Shown one piece after another: positions 20,144 to 29,546 of a DNA stretch of 64,000 bases. The notes beneath the pieces are model-generated. The model ran no database searches. It saw only the letters and a program-made list of their open reading frames with translations, and was not told where the DNA came from. The stretch is from Acidimicrobiia bacterium (GTDB lineage: Bacteria; Acidobacteriota; Vicinamibacteria; Vicinamibacterales; SCN-69-37). The translations under genes and the position numbers were made by a program. Each line of letters starts with the position of its first letter. The first letter of the stretch is position 1. Location of the stretch: positions 38,055 to 102,054 of the forward strand of contig BTVE01000004.1 in NCBI GenBank assembly GCA_045862915.1, written 5' to 3'.

Positions 20144-21420
20144 TGGCCGAAGCGACAGGACGACGCCCATGGCGTTGGGTCGTGGTGTTGGTGATCGTCG
20201 TCGGTATCTGGGCGACGGTCCGCGCGATGTCCGGATCGGCGCCAGACCTGCCGTCAGCAGAAGTGACGCGCGGCGATTATGTCGACGTTGTCGAAGTGCG
20301 CGGCGAAGTGAGACCCGTGCGTTCGATTCAGCTGACCGCGCCGCCCGATGCCGGCGAACTCACGATCGTGACCATGGCTCGTAACGGGTCGGATGTGAAG
20401 GCCGGCGACGTGGTTGCGCAGTTTGATGCGGTCACGCTGCGCCGCACCATTCAGGAGCGGCAGTCCGAGCTGCGCAGCGCCCAGGCCGAGCTGAAGCAGG
20501 CCCAGGCGCAGTCCGCCATTGTCGACGAGCAACAGGAGACCAATGTGATGCGCGCGCGCTACGACGTGCAACGCGCGGAGCTGGGCGTGCTTGAGGTGGG
20601 CCTCGTGTCGGAAGTCGAGGTTGAACGTGGTCGACTCGCGTTGGCTGACGCCACGCAGCGGCTCGCCGAAGCGGAGGCCGCCGCCAAGGCCGCACGTGCG
20701 GGCGCCGCGGCTGACATCCGGGCACGGGAACGACGCATCGACAAGGCCAACGCGGACCTTGAGCGGGTCAACCGGTCGTTGTCCGCCCTGCAGATGATCG
20801 CCCCTGCCGACGGCACGGTGAACATCCTGCCGAACTATCGAACCTCGTCGCCGATGGCGCAGGCGCAGGAGTACCGCACGGGTGACCGCGTGCCGCCGAT
20901 GGCCCCGATCCTCGAATTGCCGGACCTGACGTCGGTGTATCTGACGGCTCGCATTGACGAGACCGATCGAGGCCAGCTCAAGAATGGGCTGGAAGCGTCG
21001 GTGCGCGCTGACGCCATTCCGGATCGGGAATATGTGGCGAGTGTGGCGGACGTTTCGGTGCTGGCGCGTGTGGACTTCAACTCCGGGTGGCCCCCGGCGA
21101 AGATGTTCGACCTGCGGTTGACCTTCAAGGACAGCGATCCGCGTTTGCGGCCCGGGATGAGTGCCGTCGCGCGAATTCCCGTCGGCAAGTTGCCCAACGT
21201 GCTGCTGGTGCCTGCGCAGGCCGTGTTCACCCTGGATGGCCGGCCGGTTGTCTACGTCGCGCGTGGAGGCGAGTTCGTCCCGGTGGATGCCCAGGTCATT
21301 CGCCGAGGTCGCGATCAGGTCGCTCTTGCCGGTGGGGTGGAGGTCGGCGAACGGGTCGCGCTGGTCGATCCGACGGCCGAACCGGCGACGTCCACCTCAA
21401 CTGCGGGAGGTGGACTGTGA
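20143..21420 (+). CDS. HlyD-family periplasmic adaptor 2
   Basis: N-terminal TM anchor, VKAGDVVAQFD / IAPADGTVN lipoyl halves, coiled coil. 1-nt overlap with adaptor 1. Confidence 0.8.
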   Translation: MAEATGRRPWRWVVVLVIVVGIWATVRAMSGSAPDLPSAEVTRGDYVDVVEVRGEVRPVRSIQLTAPPDAGELTIVTMARNGSDVKAGDVVAQFDAVTLRRTIQERQSELRSAQAELKQAQAQSAIVDEQQETNVMRARYDVQRAELGVLEVGLVSEVEVERGRLALADATQRLAEAEAAAKAARAGAAADIRARERRIDKANADLERVNRSLSALQMIAPADGTVNILPNYRTSSPMAQAQEYRTGDRVPPMAPILELPDLTSVYLTARIDETDRGQLKNGLEASVRADAIPDREYVASVADVSVLARVDFNSGWPPAKMFDLRLTFKDSDPRLRPGMSAVARIPVGKLPNVLLVPAQAVFTLDGRPVVYVARGGEFVPVDAQVIRRGRDQVALAGGVEVGERVALVDPTAEPATSTSTAGGGL

Positions 21421-22727
21421 GCCGCCGACTTCTGGTGATCGCTGCAGTGTTGGTCACGCTGGGGGCCGCCGGGTACGGCGCCTGGACGTTGCTCGCGGCC
21501 GCACCTGCCGCCTCGTCCGAGTCCTCCGCCGTCGTGACCGGGCGTGTTGAGCGCGGCAGTGTCACGCTCGATGTGTACCTGGAAGGTGATGTGCGCGCAG
21601 CCAAGTCGGTCGCCGTGCCCGCGCCGTCGGTCGGCGGCGCGCTCCGGCTCTTGTCGCTCGCGCCATCCGGCACTCTCGTGAAGGCCGGTGACCCCGTCAT
21701 GGAGTTTGATCCCGCCGAACAGCAGTTCGCCCTTGAGCAGGCGTTGTCGGAGCTGGCGGAGGCCGAGCAGGAGATCGCCAAGCGCGAGGCCGATGTGGCG
21801 GTGCAGGCCGCTCAGGATCAGGTCACGCTGCTGACGGCACGTTTTGATGTGCGCCGGGCGGAACTGGATGCCAACGTGGACGCCGAACTGATGGCGGCCA
21901 ACGAAATCAAGAAACGGCAGCTCGCGCTCGAAGAGGCGCGCCGCCGCCTGCAACAGACAGAGCAGGACGTGAAGTCCCGGCAGACCACGTCGAAGTCCGG
22001 GCTCACCGTGCTTGGCGAACGCCGCATGAAGGCCCAGATGGGCGCCGACCGCGCACGCGCGAACCTCGACATGCTCACGCTCACGTCGCCCATCGACGGT
22101 GTCGTCATCATTCGCGAAAATCGCGACGCGGCCGGAGGATTCTTTTTCTCCGGCATGTCGCTGCCCGAGTGGCGGGCGGGCGATACGGCGTTTGCGGGCC
22201 GACCGATGTTCGATGTATTTGATGGCGGGGCGATGGAGATTCGCGCCTCAGTCAACGAACAGGAACGAACGAACCTCTCTGTCGGTCAGGCCGTGAGCAT
22301 CGAGTTGAAGTCTGCGTCCGGCGCCGTTCGGCCCGGCAAGATCCTCACGCTCGGCAGCATCGGTCGCGGCACGCAGGGGCCGCTCCGGCTGTTTGAAGTC
22401 GTGGTGGCACTCGATGAAGCTGATCCTGAGATGCGCCCCGGCTCGACCGTGCAGATCGTGGCGAAGGGCAACACGGTGGACAACGTCCTCTGGGTCCCAC
22501 GGCACGCCATCTTCGAGAAAGACGGCAAACCGCACGTCTACGTGCGGGACGCTGACGGTTTTACGCCCAGGGTCGTGTCCATCACACATCGCACGGAAAG
22601 CCGTGTCGTGGTCGAGGGCATTGACGAGGGGACGGAGGTCGCACTGGTGGATCCCACGCGCACACCTGGGCAGGCGGCTGCGTCCGGAGCGGCCCCGGCA
22701 ACTCCGGCACCAGGAGGTGGACGATGA
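21417..22727 (+). CDS. HlyD-family periplasmic adaptor 3
   Basis: GTG at 21417 (GTGA overlap with the adaptor 2 stop) precedes TM anchor RRLLVIAAVLVTLGAAG. VKAGDPVMEFD / TSPIDGVV lipoyl halves and coiled coil. The track ORF from 21087 is an out-of-context extension. Confidence 0.75.
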   Translation: MSRRLLVIAAVLVTLGAAGYGAWTLLAAAPAASSESSAVVTGRVERGSVTLDVYLEGDVRAAKSVAVPAPSVGGALRLLSLAPSGTLVKAGDPVMEFDPAEQQFALEQALSELAEAEQEIAKREADVAVQAAQDQVTLLTARFDVRRAELDANVDAELMAANEIKKRQLALEEARRRLQQTEQDVKSRQTTSKSGLTVLGERRMKAQMGADRARANLDMLTLTSPIDGVVIIRENRDAAGGFFFSGMSLPEWRAGDTAFAGRPMFDVFDGGAMEIRASVNEQERTNLSVGQAVSIELKSASGAVRPGKILTLGSIGRGTQGPLRLFEVVVALDEADPEMRPGSTVQIVAKGNTVDNVLWVPRHAIFEKDGKPHVYVRDADGFTPRVVSITHRTESRVVVEGIDEGTEVALVDPTRTPGQAAASGAAPATPAPGGGR

Positions 22728-23995
22728 GCGCGACCAACCGGCGCAAGTCGCTCGACCTTGGGCCCGAACTCCGACAGGGCGTCGAGAACCTCCGCGCGCA
22801 CAAACTGCGTTCCCTGCTGACGATGCTCGGCATGATCTTCGGCGTGGCCGCGGTCATTGCGATGTTGTCGATTGGCGCAGGCGCGCAGGCACAGGTGATT
22901 GCCTTCATCGAACAACTCGGCGTGCGCAACCTCATTGTCGAAGCACGTGAAGCGAATGACAACGAGTCCGTGCAGCGGGTGCGCAAACTGTCGGCGGGGT
23001 TGCGTTTTCAGGATATGCGGATTGTTGAGGCGAGCCTGCCGGGTCTGGCAGCGATCAGCCCACGCAAACGGTTTGTGCCTGGCAAACTGCTGCCCAAACC
23101 ATTTGGCGACATGCCGACGGTCTACGGCGTGACGCCGGCGTACCAGCAGATCTCGAATCTGTCGGTCACCAGTGGCCGGTTCTTCAGCGAACAGGAAAAC
23201 GCCGAGTCGGCCGCGGTGACGGTACTGGGCCAGGGCGCGGCGGCCGCCCTGTTCGGGTCGGAAGATCCGGTGGGCAAGTTCATCAAGGTGAACGAACAGT
23301 GGTTTGCGGTCATCGGTGTGGCGGGCCCGCAGCTGTCAGCGCAGGGCAACGTCGGAGGACTTCCGGCCACCGACCGGAACAACCTCATCTACGTGCCGGT
23401 GATGGCTGCCATGCTGCGGCTCGAAGACTCACGGTCGTACTACACGGACGAAATCGACGCGATGTACCTCTCGCTGTCGCAGGACGCTGACGTGGCGTCG
23501 GCAGGGACGATTGTGCGAAGCCTGCTCGACAGCTTGCACCGCGGCGCCGGTGACTTTCAGGTGATCGTGCCTGCCGAGCTGCTCGCTGAACAGCAGCGCA
23601 CCAAGCGTCTGTTCGAGTTCATCATGGTCGCGATCGCCTCGATCTCGCTGTTGGTCGGCGGCATCGGCATCATGAACATCATGCTGGCGAGCGTGATGGA
23701 GCGGACGAGGGAAATCGGCGTGCGGCGCGCGATTGGCGCCACGCGCCGCGATGTCATTCGCCAGTTCCTCGTCGAGACGACGCTGATTACGGTGACCGGC
23801 GGCTTCGTCGGCACCGTCGTGGGTGTTGGGCTCTCGCAGCTCGTCGCGTACTTCGCCGGCTGGTCCACCATCGTGACGGTGACGTCCGTGGCAGTGGCCT
23901 GCCTGGTCTCGGTCACCGTCGGGATCGTGTTCGGACTCTACCCGGCCGTCAGGGCCGCGAAACTCGACCCCGTGCACGCGCTGCACTACGAGTGA
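22724..23995 (+). CDS. MacB/FtsX-type ABC transporter permease (no cognate ATPase in the cluster)
   Basis: N-terminal TM (LRSLLTMLGMIFGVAAV), periplasmic MacB_PCD-like domain, C-terminal FtsX 3-TM bundle (IGIMNIMLASVMERTREIGVRRAIGA). Confidence 0.85.
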   Translation: MSATNRRKSLDLGPELRQGVENLRAHKLRSLLTMLGMIFGVAAVIAMLSIGAGAQAQVIAFIEQLGVRNLIVEAREANDNESVQRVRKLSAGLRFQDMRIVEASLPGLAAISPRKRFVPGKLLPKPFGDMPTVYGVTPAYQQISNLSVTSGRFFSEQENAESAAVTVLGQGAAAALFGSEDPVGKFIKVNEQWFAVIGVAGPQLSAQGNVGGLPATDRNNLIYVPVMAAMLRLEDSRSYYTDEIDAMYLSLSQDADVASAGTIVRSLLDSLHRGAGDFQVIVPAELLAEQQRTKRLFEFIMVAIASISLLVGGIGIMNIMLASVMERTREIGVRRAIGATRRDVIRQFLVETTLITVTGGFVGTVVGVGLSQLVAYFAGWSTIVTVTSVAVACLVSVTVGIVFGLYPAVRAAKLDPVHALHYE

Positions 23996-24020
23996 ATGGC
24001 GGGGCTGAAGCCCCGCCGTT

Positions 24021-26912
24021 TCACCGAAGCTCGATGGTCGTCGGCTTTGCGCTCAGCGGGACGACGTACGCGCCGCGCTCCTGCGTCAGCGTGGTTGCCG
24101 GTCTCCATGTTCGCCGTGGCGCCGTCTTGCCCGTCTGTTCGACTCGCAGCCGCGCCTGCGTCACGTGCGTGGTGCCGGGCTCAAGCGTGACGATAATGCG
24201 ACCAGTCGCCGGGTAGTACTGCACCGAACTGAACGTGCCGGCGTCGAGCGTCAAGTACAAGCCGACGGGCGCGAGGTAGACCCGCTGACGGAACGAGTCG
24301 GTTGGCGTGATGGCCAGGTACGCGTTGCCGGCCGAGCCGGTCTGGCCTGCCGTGCCCCGCATCATCTGCTGGATGTTCCCGCCAAACGCTTGCCATCCGA
24401 ATTCCGGATGGTTGACGACGTAGGTGCCCGTGTTGAGCGCGTGCCCCAGGAAGTTGGGCCCGTAGTCACCCGTGTACGCATCCCAGTGCAGCTTCTCCGG
24501 GAAGGAATGGAAGGCCACCGAACCGAAGCCCTCCTGATCGATGTTGGTCAGCGCGCCCATCGTGCCTGCGTACCCGATGCGCAGCAGGTGCAGGTCGGTC
24601 GGGTCATCCCGGAAGCGAGTGAGAGCCGGGATCGCGTTGAGTCCAGAGCCGTAGTGGTGGAGCTGACGCTCGTAGCCATTCCCAGGCGCGCCGGCATAGA
24701 TGAAGTCCCAGTAGCGGCGGGCCGCCCCGTTGTATCCCCAGTGCGGCACCAGCGGCATGTAGCCGACGATGGAGTTGAGCGCCGTCGTCGCCTGCGTGTC
24801 ATAGCCGAAGTAGCGCATCCAGGCGAACACTTCTTCCTGGCCGGTGGAGTCCCACGCCATTTCGCTGCCGTACGGATAACTCTGCCCGGCCCATCGATCC
24901 GCGCGTGCCTTCATGCGGCCTTCCAGCTCGGTCACACGTTCAGCCCAGCCCTCCTGCTTCATGTCATCGAGGACAAGAGAAAACGTCGTGGCGCCCATCA
25001 GGCCGACGTTGACGTACCCCACGCGGTTGGCGGGGTCGGTCATGTACCTCAAGGTTTCGTGCGCCTGGTTGAGGAACCAGTCCCACGGGCGTGTGGTAAC
25101 GAGTCCCTCCGTGTTACGCGCCAGCCGGTACATCGACCAGTACGCCGCCACGACGTGCGCGTAGTTGTAGGCGCGGTTCTGCACCTCGGCGCCCTGCTTG
25201 TTCCAGCTCGCCCACGTCGTCCAGTTCTTCGACGGGTCGTACACGTAGTTCGGGAATTCGTCAGGTGCGTAGTAGAAGAGGCTCTTGCGCACGCCATACT
25301 TCTGGTCGCCTTCCGAGTACTGGATGCGGCCCCACAGGACTTCATTGATGAAGCGTTCGTACTGCTTTACCTGCTCGGGTGTCGGCTGGCCGAACAACTT
25401 CATGCCCGCGGCGAGCCAGGACCCCGCGCCACCCTCGTCGGAGAGGCCCGCAATCCACGCTCGGTGATCCTGTTCGACGATGGCGTTCTTCGAGCGGTCG
25501 TAGCTGATGATCGACGGGCTGCGCTTGAAGGGATCGTTCGGATTGTCGTACCACTGCTTCGTGAACAGGAAGTTGCCGAGGTCGGCGGCCACCTGCGCCG
25601 CAGGCTTCGTGACGTAGTAGCTGAGTGCCTGGACGGTGCCGTCGTTCCAGGTGAGCGTCAGTCGTGCCCTGCCCCACTGACGTCCGCGCACGGTGTAGCG
25701 TCGCCAGCCGTTTGCCGTATTGGGGCCGGCGCTGACCGAGAGCGCGCCGGCCGGTTCGACGGTCACGGTTGCCGAGGACGTCCGAGTGCCGTATCGCGTG
25801 AAGAGCGACAGGTCCTCATCCATCGGGGCGACAAAACCGGGAAAACCGGCGGCCACGGGCCGGCCCGCTTTGACCAGTGTGTCTTCGATCGCCCGAATCT
25901 CCGGCGCCAGGTGGAACTCGAGTCCGTAGGTGCGCGACTGTCCAGGAGCCAGCGTGGCGTGGGTCGGCGCGTTCCAGGGTTGCGCGTCCTTCCACTCGTT
26001 CTCCGCGTACGCGCGTGTATGCGCCATCCACTCGAAGATGGCTTCAGACGTCTGCGTCTTGGGGGTGCGGTCATCAACGGGGCGCCAGCCTTCCAGTGGC
26101 GTCCTGCCATGCGGCACGACGACCAGTGCCGGCCCCTTGCCTGACAGGCGGGTGACCTGCACGAATCCGGCGTCCTGCGCGATGGCCGGGTCGAAGAACG
26201 AGGTGATTTCGTGGGCCTGCTCCAGGTTCCGGCCCGTAATCAGGTTGTTGAAGACGACCGGAATGCCCAACGCGCCGACCTCAACGGGCGTCGAGGCGCG
26301 GTTGGTCAACGTGAATCGCAGGACGAGGGTACCGTTCTGCACCGCCCAGTCGCGAGTCACCTGCACGGGGATGTCCGCCGGCAACGTCGGCGCCAGATCC
26401 GCCGACGCCAATGCGCCGTTCTGCACCGGCAGCGGGGTGACCGGCTTCCGTTCGCGCGCCGTGTCGAAGTCCTTCCATTCGCCGGACGTACCCGCGCGCA
26501 GGCGAAGCGTCAGGTCGCCAAGATGGTGGTAACCGTCGGCGGCCCGCTGCTCGAGGCGATCGGCAGGAGTGAAGTCGAAACGCAGAGGCGTTGGAGGTGG
26601 TGGCGGTGTGGGTGGTGCGGCTGGTGTGGGTGTGGCCCCTCTGCCACGTCCGCGGGCCGGTGTTGGCGTTGGCGTATACGTCGGCACCCCTTTGGGTTCG
26701 AGGGCGGCGATCGTCTGGGACGCCTTGACCAGGCGCAGGTCGAAGCCGGGAACATCGAAGTCGAGGGTGCCCTGGTCGAGTCCCAGCGTGGGTGGGGGAG
26801 GCGGCGCCTGGTTGCCGCGTCCCTGCGCCTGCGAGTGCAGCGCCGGGCTCCACCAGGCCGCGAGTACAAAGGTGCCGGCCACGCCGAGCGTTCGAATCAC
26901 GGAAGTCTTCAT
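24021..26912 (-). CDS. Large secreted protein of unknown function (~960 aa) with Pro/Thr/Arg-Gly low-complexity linker
   Basis: Signal peptide MKTSVIRTLGVAGTFVLAAWW; TPTPTPARGRGRGATPTPAAPPTPPPPPTP linker; no catalytic motif recognised. Start set at the Met preceding the signal peptide. Confidence 0.6.
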   Translation of the reverse strand: MKTSVIRTLGVAGTFVLAAWWSPALHSQAQGRGNQAPPPPPTLGLDQGTLDFDVPGFDLRLVKASQTIAALEPKGVPTYTPTPTPARGRGRGATPTPAAPPTPPPPPTPLRFDFTPADRLEQRAADGYHHLGDLTLRLRAGTSGEWKDFDTARERKPVTPLPVQNGALASADLAPTLPADIPVQVTRDWAVQNGTLVLRFTLTNRASTPVEVGALGIPVVFNNLITGRNLEQAHEITSFFDPAIAQDAGFVQVTRLSGKGPALVVVPHGRTPLEGWRPVDDRTPKTQTSEAIFEWMAHTRAYAENEWKDAQPWNAPTHATLAPGQSRTYGLEFHLAPEIRAIEDTLVKAGRPVAAGFPGFVAPMDEDLSLFTRYGTRTSSATVTVEPAGALSVSAGPNTANGWRRYTVRGRQWGRARLTLTWNDGTVQALSYYVTKPAAQVAADLGNFLFTKQWYDNPNDPFKRSPSIISYDRSKNAIVEQDHRAWIAGLSDEGGAGSWLAAGMKLFGQPTPEQVKQYERFINEVLWGRIQYSEGDQKYGVRKSLFYYAPDEFPNYVYDPSKNWTTWASWNKQGAEVQNRAYNYAHVVAAYWSMYRLARNTEGLVTTRPWDWFLNQAHETLRYMTDPANRVGYVNVGLMGATTFSLVLDDMKQEGWAERVTELEGRMKARADRWAGQSYPYGSEMAWDSTGQEEVFAWMRYFGYDTQATTALNSIVGYMPLVPHWGYNGAARRYWDFIYAGAPGNGYERQLHHYGSGLNAIPALTRFRDDPTDLHLLRIGYAGTMGALTNIDQEGFGSVAFHSFPEKLHWDAYTGDYGPNFLGHALNTGTYVVNHPEFGWQAFGGNIQQMMRGTAGQTGSAGNAYLAITPTDSFRQRVYLAPVGLYLTLDAGTFSSVQYYPATGRIIVTLEPGTTHVTQARLRVEQTGKTAPRRTWRPATTLTQERGAYVVPLSAKPTTIELR

Positions 26913-26965
26913 CTGTCCCCCTGCGGACGCATTATAGAATCGCCACACTGATCTGGAGGTCGCTG

Positions 26966-28399
26966 ATGATGAAGTTTGGTGGACGTCGCGCTGGGGCACT
27001 GGTGTCGCTGTTGATGATGACGGTTGCAGTTGGAGTCGTCTCGGCGCGCCAGCAGCGTCTGGCGCCAGGCGCACTCCCCGATCGGGTGGAGCGCCCCTTC
27101 GGCACCCTTCGCGAGCAGGCCGACCTGCAACAGCAATGGCTCCAGAAGCGCCTCGACACGTTTTTGCCCACGCTGATGCGGAAACACGGGATCGACATGT
27201 GGGTCGTGCCGATGCGCGAGTACATGGAAGATCCGATCTTCAAGGCCATCGTCGCTCCGGAGACCTTTGCCGCGCGGCGCCGGACCATTTACGTGTTTTT
27301 CGACAAATGTGCAGCCGCGGGAACACCCGTCACGACTGACTGCGTCGAACGCATCGCCCTGGGCGGCACCTCGCAGGGAGGCGTCTTCGAGACACGCGCG
27401 TCCAATCGGCCGACCTCCGGAGCGCCGGGCCAGCGTCTCGCTGAACTGTGGGGCGCCGAGCAGTGGCAATTGCTCAAGCAGGCGGTTGAGGACCGCAATC
27501 CGAAGGTCATTGGCATCAACCGATCCACCGTGTTCGCCTTCAGCGACGGCCTCAGCAGCGGCGAGCTGCAGGGCATGACCGAAGCATTGGGCTCCACATG
27601 GGCGTCGAAGTTCCGCAACGCGGAGGGCCTGCCGCTCGAATTGATCGCCATGCGGTTGCCTGAAGAAGAGGCCTTCTTCGAGAAAATGAACGCACACGTC
27701 TGGTCGTTGACCCAGACGATGTTTTCCGAGAAGGTCATCGTCCCGGGCGTGACTCGAACCAGCGACCTGGTGTGGTGGTTCCGCCAGCGCGTCAACGATC
27801 AGGGGCTCGGCACCTGGTTCCAGCCGTCGGTCTCCGTGCAGCGCAAGGGCGTCACGGGTGGTGCACTTGGCGCCGATCCGGTCATCGAGCGCGGGGACGT
27901 CCTGCACTGCGACGTCGGCATCACCGTTGCGCGCCTGAACACCGACACCCAGCACAACGGGTATGTGCTGCGCGAGGGGGAAACCGCGCCTCCCGCCGGG
28001 CTGCAGGCGGCACTCCGCAACGCGAACATCATGCAGGACTTCTTCATGGAGGAAGTGCGCGTCGGGCGAACCGGCAACGAAATCCTGAAGTCGATCCTCG
28101 AACGCATGAAACTCGCCGGTCTCAACGGCACGATGTACTCACATCCGGTCGGCCTGCATGGTCATGGCGCCGGCCCGCTCATCGGCCTGTGGGACATGCA
28201 GGGCGGCGTTGAAGGACGCGGCGACGCGAAGGTGGTGCCGTCCATGTGGTTCTCGGTCGAGCACCAGGTGACCACTCGTGTCGATGAGTGGGACGGCCAG
28301 CCGGTGCGGATGGCGCAGGAAGAAGACATGATCATTTCGGCCGACGGCAAGGTGCGCTGGGCGCATGGCCGCCAGGACCGTTTGTTCGTAGTGAAGTAG
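26966..28399 (+). CDS. Secreted M24-family metallopeptidase (Xaa-Pro aminopeptidase/creatinase fold)
   Basis: Signal peptide MMKFGGRRAGALVSLLMMTVAVGVVSA. C-terminal pita-bread motifs HCDVGI, HPVGLHGHGAGP, E..V. Confidence 0.7.
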   Translation: MMKFGGRRAGALVSLLMMTVAVGVVSARQQRLAPGALPDRVERPFGTLREQADLQQQWLQKRLDTFLPTLMRKHGIDMWVVPMREYMEDPIFKAIVAPETFAARRRTIYVFFDKCAAAGTPVTTDCVERIALGGTSQGGVFETRASNRPTSGAPGQRLAELWGAEQWQLLKQAVEDRNPKVIGINRSTVFAFSDGLSSGELQGMTEALGSTWASKFRNAEGLPLELIAMRLPEEEAFFEKMNAHVWSLTQTMFSEKVIVPGVTRTSDLVWWFRQRVNDQGLGTWFQPSVSVQRKGVTGGALGADPVIERGDVLHCDVGITVARLNTDTQHNGYVLREGETAPPAGLQAALRNANIMQDFFMEEVRVGRTGNEILKSILERMKLAGLNGTMYSHPVGLHGHGAGPLIGLWDMQGGVEGRGDAKVVPSMWFSVEHQVTTRVDEWDGQPVRMAQEEDMIISADGKVRWAHGRQDRLFVVK

Positions 28400-28409
28400 G
28401 GGAGACACG

Positions 28410-29543
28410 ATGGCGAAGTTCACGGCGGAGCAGTTGGCGTTTGCGGCAGGCAAGACGGGTTACATGGGCCGCGAGGAATCGATTGAGTTCCTCAAAGTGA
28501 TGGACATCAAACACAGCGTCGGCCACTGGTCGGCCGGCGACTTCTGCGACCGCTTTGCACCTCCCGGCTACCACTCTGACGATGCCTCGTTTCAGAACGA
28601 TTTTGAGGGCCAGTGCCGTCGCACGAAGGCCGCCGGTGTGGACTGCATCGAGATTCACCAGAGTGTGTTCGAGAAGACCCTGAACGGCGATCTCGACTTT
28701 GCGGCTCTCGAGCGCGCCGAGAACGGGTTCCTCAAGGACCTGGGGATGACCGTCACTGCGTGCAACATCAACACCTGGACGAACCCGAAGTTCCGGCTTG
28801 GTGGTCCGTGCAATCCCGACGCCGCGCTGCGCAAGGCTGCCCTCGAGGAAGTGCTCAAGGGCGTCGAGATCTGCAAACGCATGAAGATCGGTGTTCTCAG
28901 CGTGTGGCCGGGCTCCGACGGCGCGGACTACCACTTCCAGATCGACTACAAGCAGTCGCTGGAGTGGTTCACCGAGGCCCTCATTGCGGTGAACACCGAA
29001 TGTCTGAAACACGGGATCAAGCTGGGCCTGGAACCCAAGCCGTACGAACCGCGCGAGCTGTACATGATCATCCCGACCGCGGCGTCTGCAATTCTTGTGG
29101 CGCAACAGGTCAACAAGGCGACCGGCGGCAACAACTGCGGCATCACGATCGACTACGGCCATCAGAAGATGGAAGCGACCACCGCGTCCACTGCGTGTGA
29201 TCTCGCCGAGTTTGCGGGTGTGCCGGTGCACAAGTTCGACATCAACGACGCGCGCCAGGGCCGGAACGACCAGGACTGCATGTTCGGCACGTTGTCGATT
29301 CCCGAATCGGTGGAGTATCTCTACACGACGTTCGTGCGGAACTATCGGGGCTACTACAGCCAGGATCAGTTTACGTACCGCGAGGATCCGACGCGTGCGA
29401 TCGAGCGCAGCATGATCAACTTCGCCAACCTGTCGCTCAAGGCAGTGCGCCTGTACGCGAAGCAGGCGGAGATCGATCAGGCGCGCGCCGCCGGGACGGG
29501 GCCGGACATTCTCAACGTGGTGTCACCGGTCCTGGTGGGATAG
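28410..29543 (+). CDS. Xylose-isomerase-family TIM-barrel aldose-ketose isomerase (candidate L-arabinose isomerase substitute)
   Basis: XI-like metal-site blocks WPGSDG, LEPKPYEP, DYGHQKME, FDINDARQGRNDQDCMFG. Lies 3 nt upstream of araB. Confidence 0.65.
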   Translation: MAKFTAEQLAFAAGKTGYMGREESIEFLKVMDIKHSVGHWSAGDFCDRFAPPGYHSDDASFQNDFEGQCRRTKAAGVDCIEIHQSVFEKTLNGDLDFAALERAENGFLKDLGMTVTACNINTWTNPKFRLGGPCNPDAALRKAALEEVLKGVEICKRMKIGVLSVWPGSDGADYHFQIDYKQSLEWFTEALIAVNTECLKHGIKLGLEPKPYEPRELYMIIPTAASAILVAQQVNKATGGNNCGITIDYGHQKMEATTASTACDLAEFAGVPVHKFDINDARQGRNDQDCMFGTLSIPESVEYLYTTFVRNYRGYYSQDQFTYREDPTRAIERSMINFANLSLKAVRLYAKQAEIDQARAAGTGPDILNVVSPVLVG

Positions 29544-29546
29544 GCC

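Noticed and set aside
21087-21416. N-terminal 110-codon extension of the third adaptor ORF. Similar upstream extensions occur on the ORFs at 6316..7110, 16883..17635, 35721..37163, 37567..40158, 41469..43931, 43715..44404, 58046..60634 and 61259..62944.
   Set aside because: The extensions overlap the preceding genes and are Arg/Pro-rich. In each case an internal ATG or GTG sits right before a signal peptide, TM anchor or conserved N-terminus, often with ATGA/GTGA coupling to the upstream stop.
24165-26144. Very long ORFs antisense to well-supported genes. Examples: 24165..26144 (+, 659 aa), 35397..36866 (-, 489 aa), 53972..55663 (+, 563 aa), 2687..3919 (-), 1652..2659 (-), 19118..20170 (-), 41289..42233 (+), 42300..43361 (+).
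   Set aside because: Their translations are Arg/Pro/Gly/Ala/His-rich with no recognisable motifs, and each lies exactly opposite a gene with strong family motifs. These are the stop-poor shadow frames typical of high-GC DNA.
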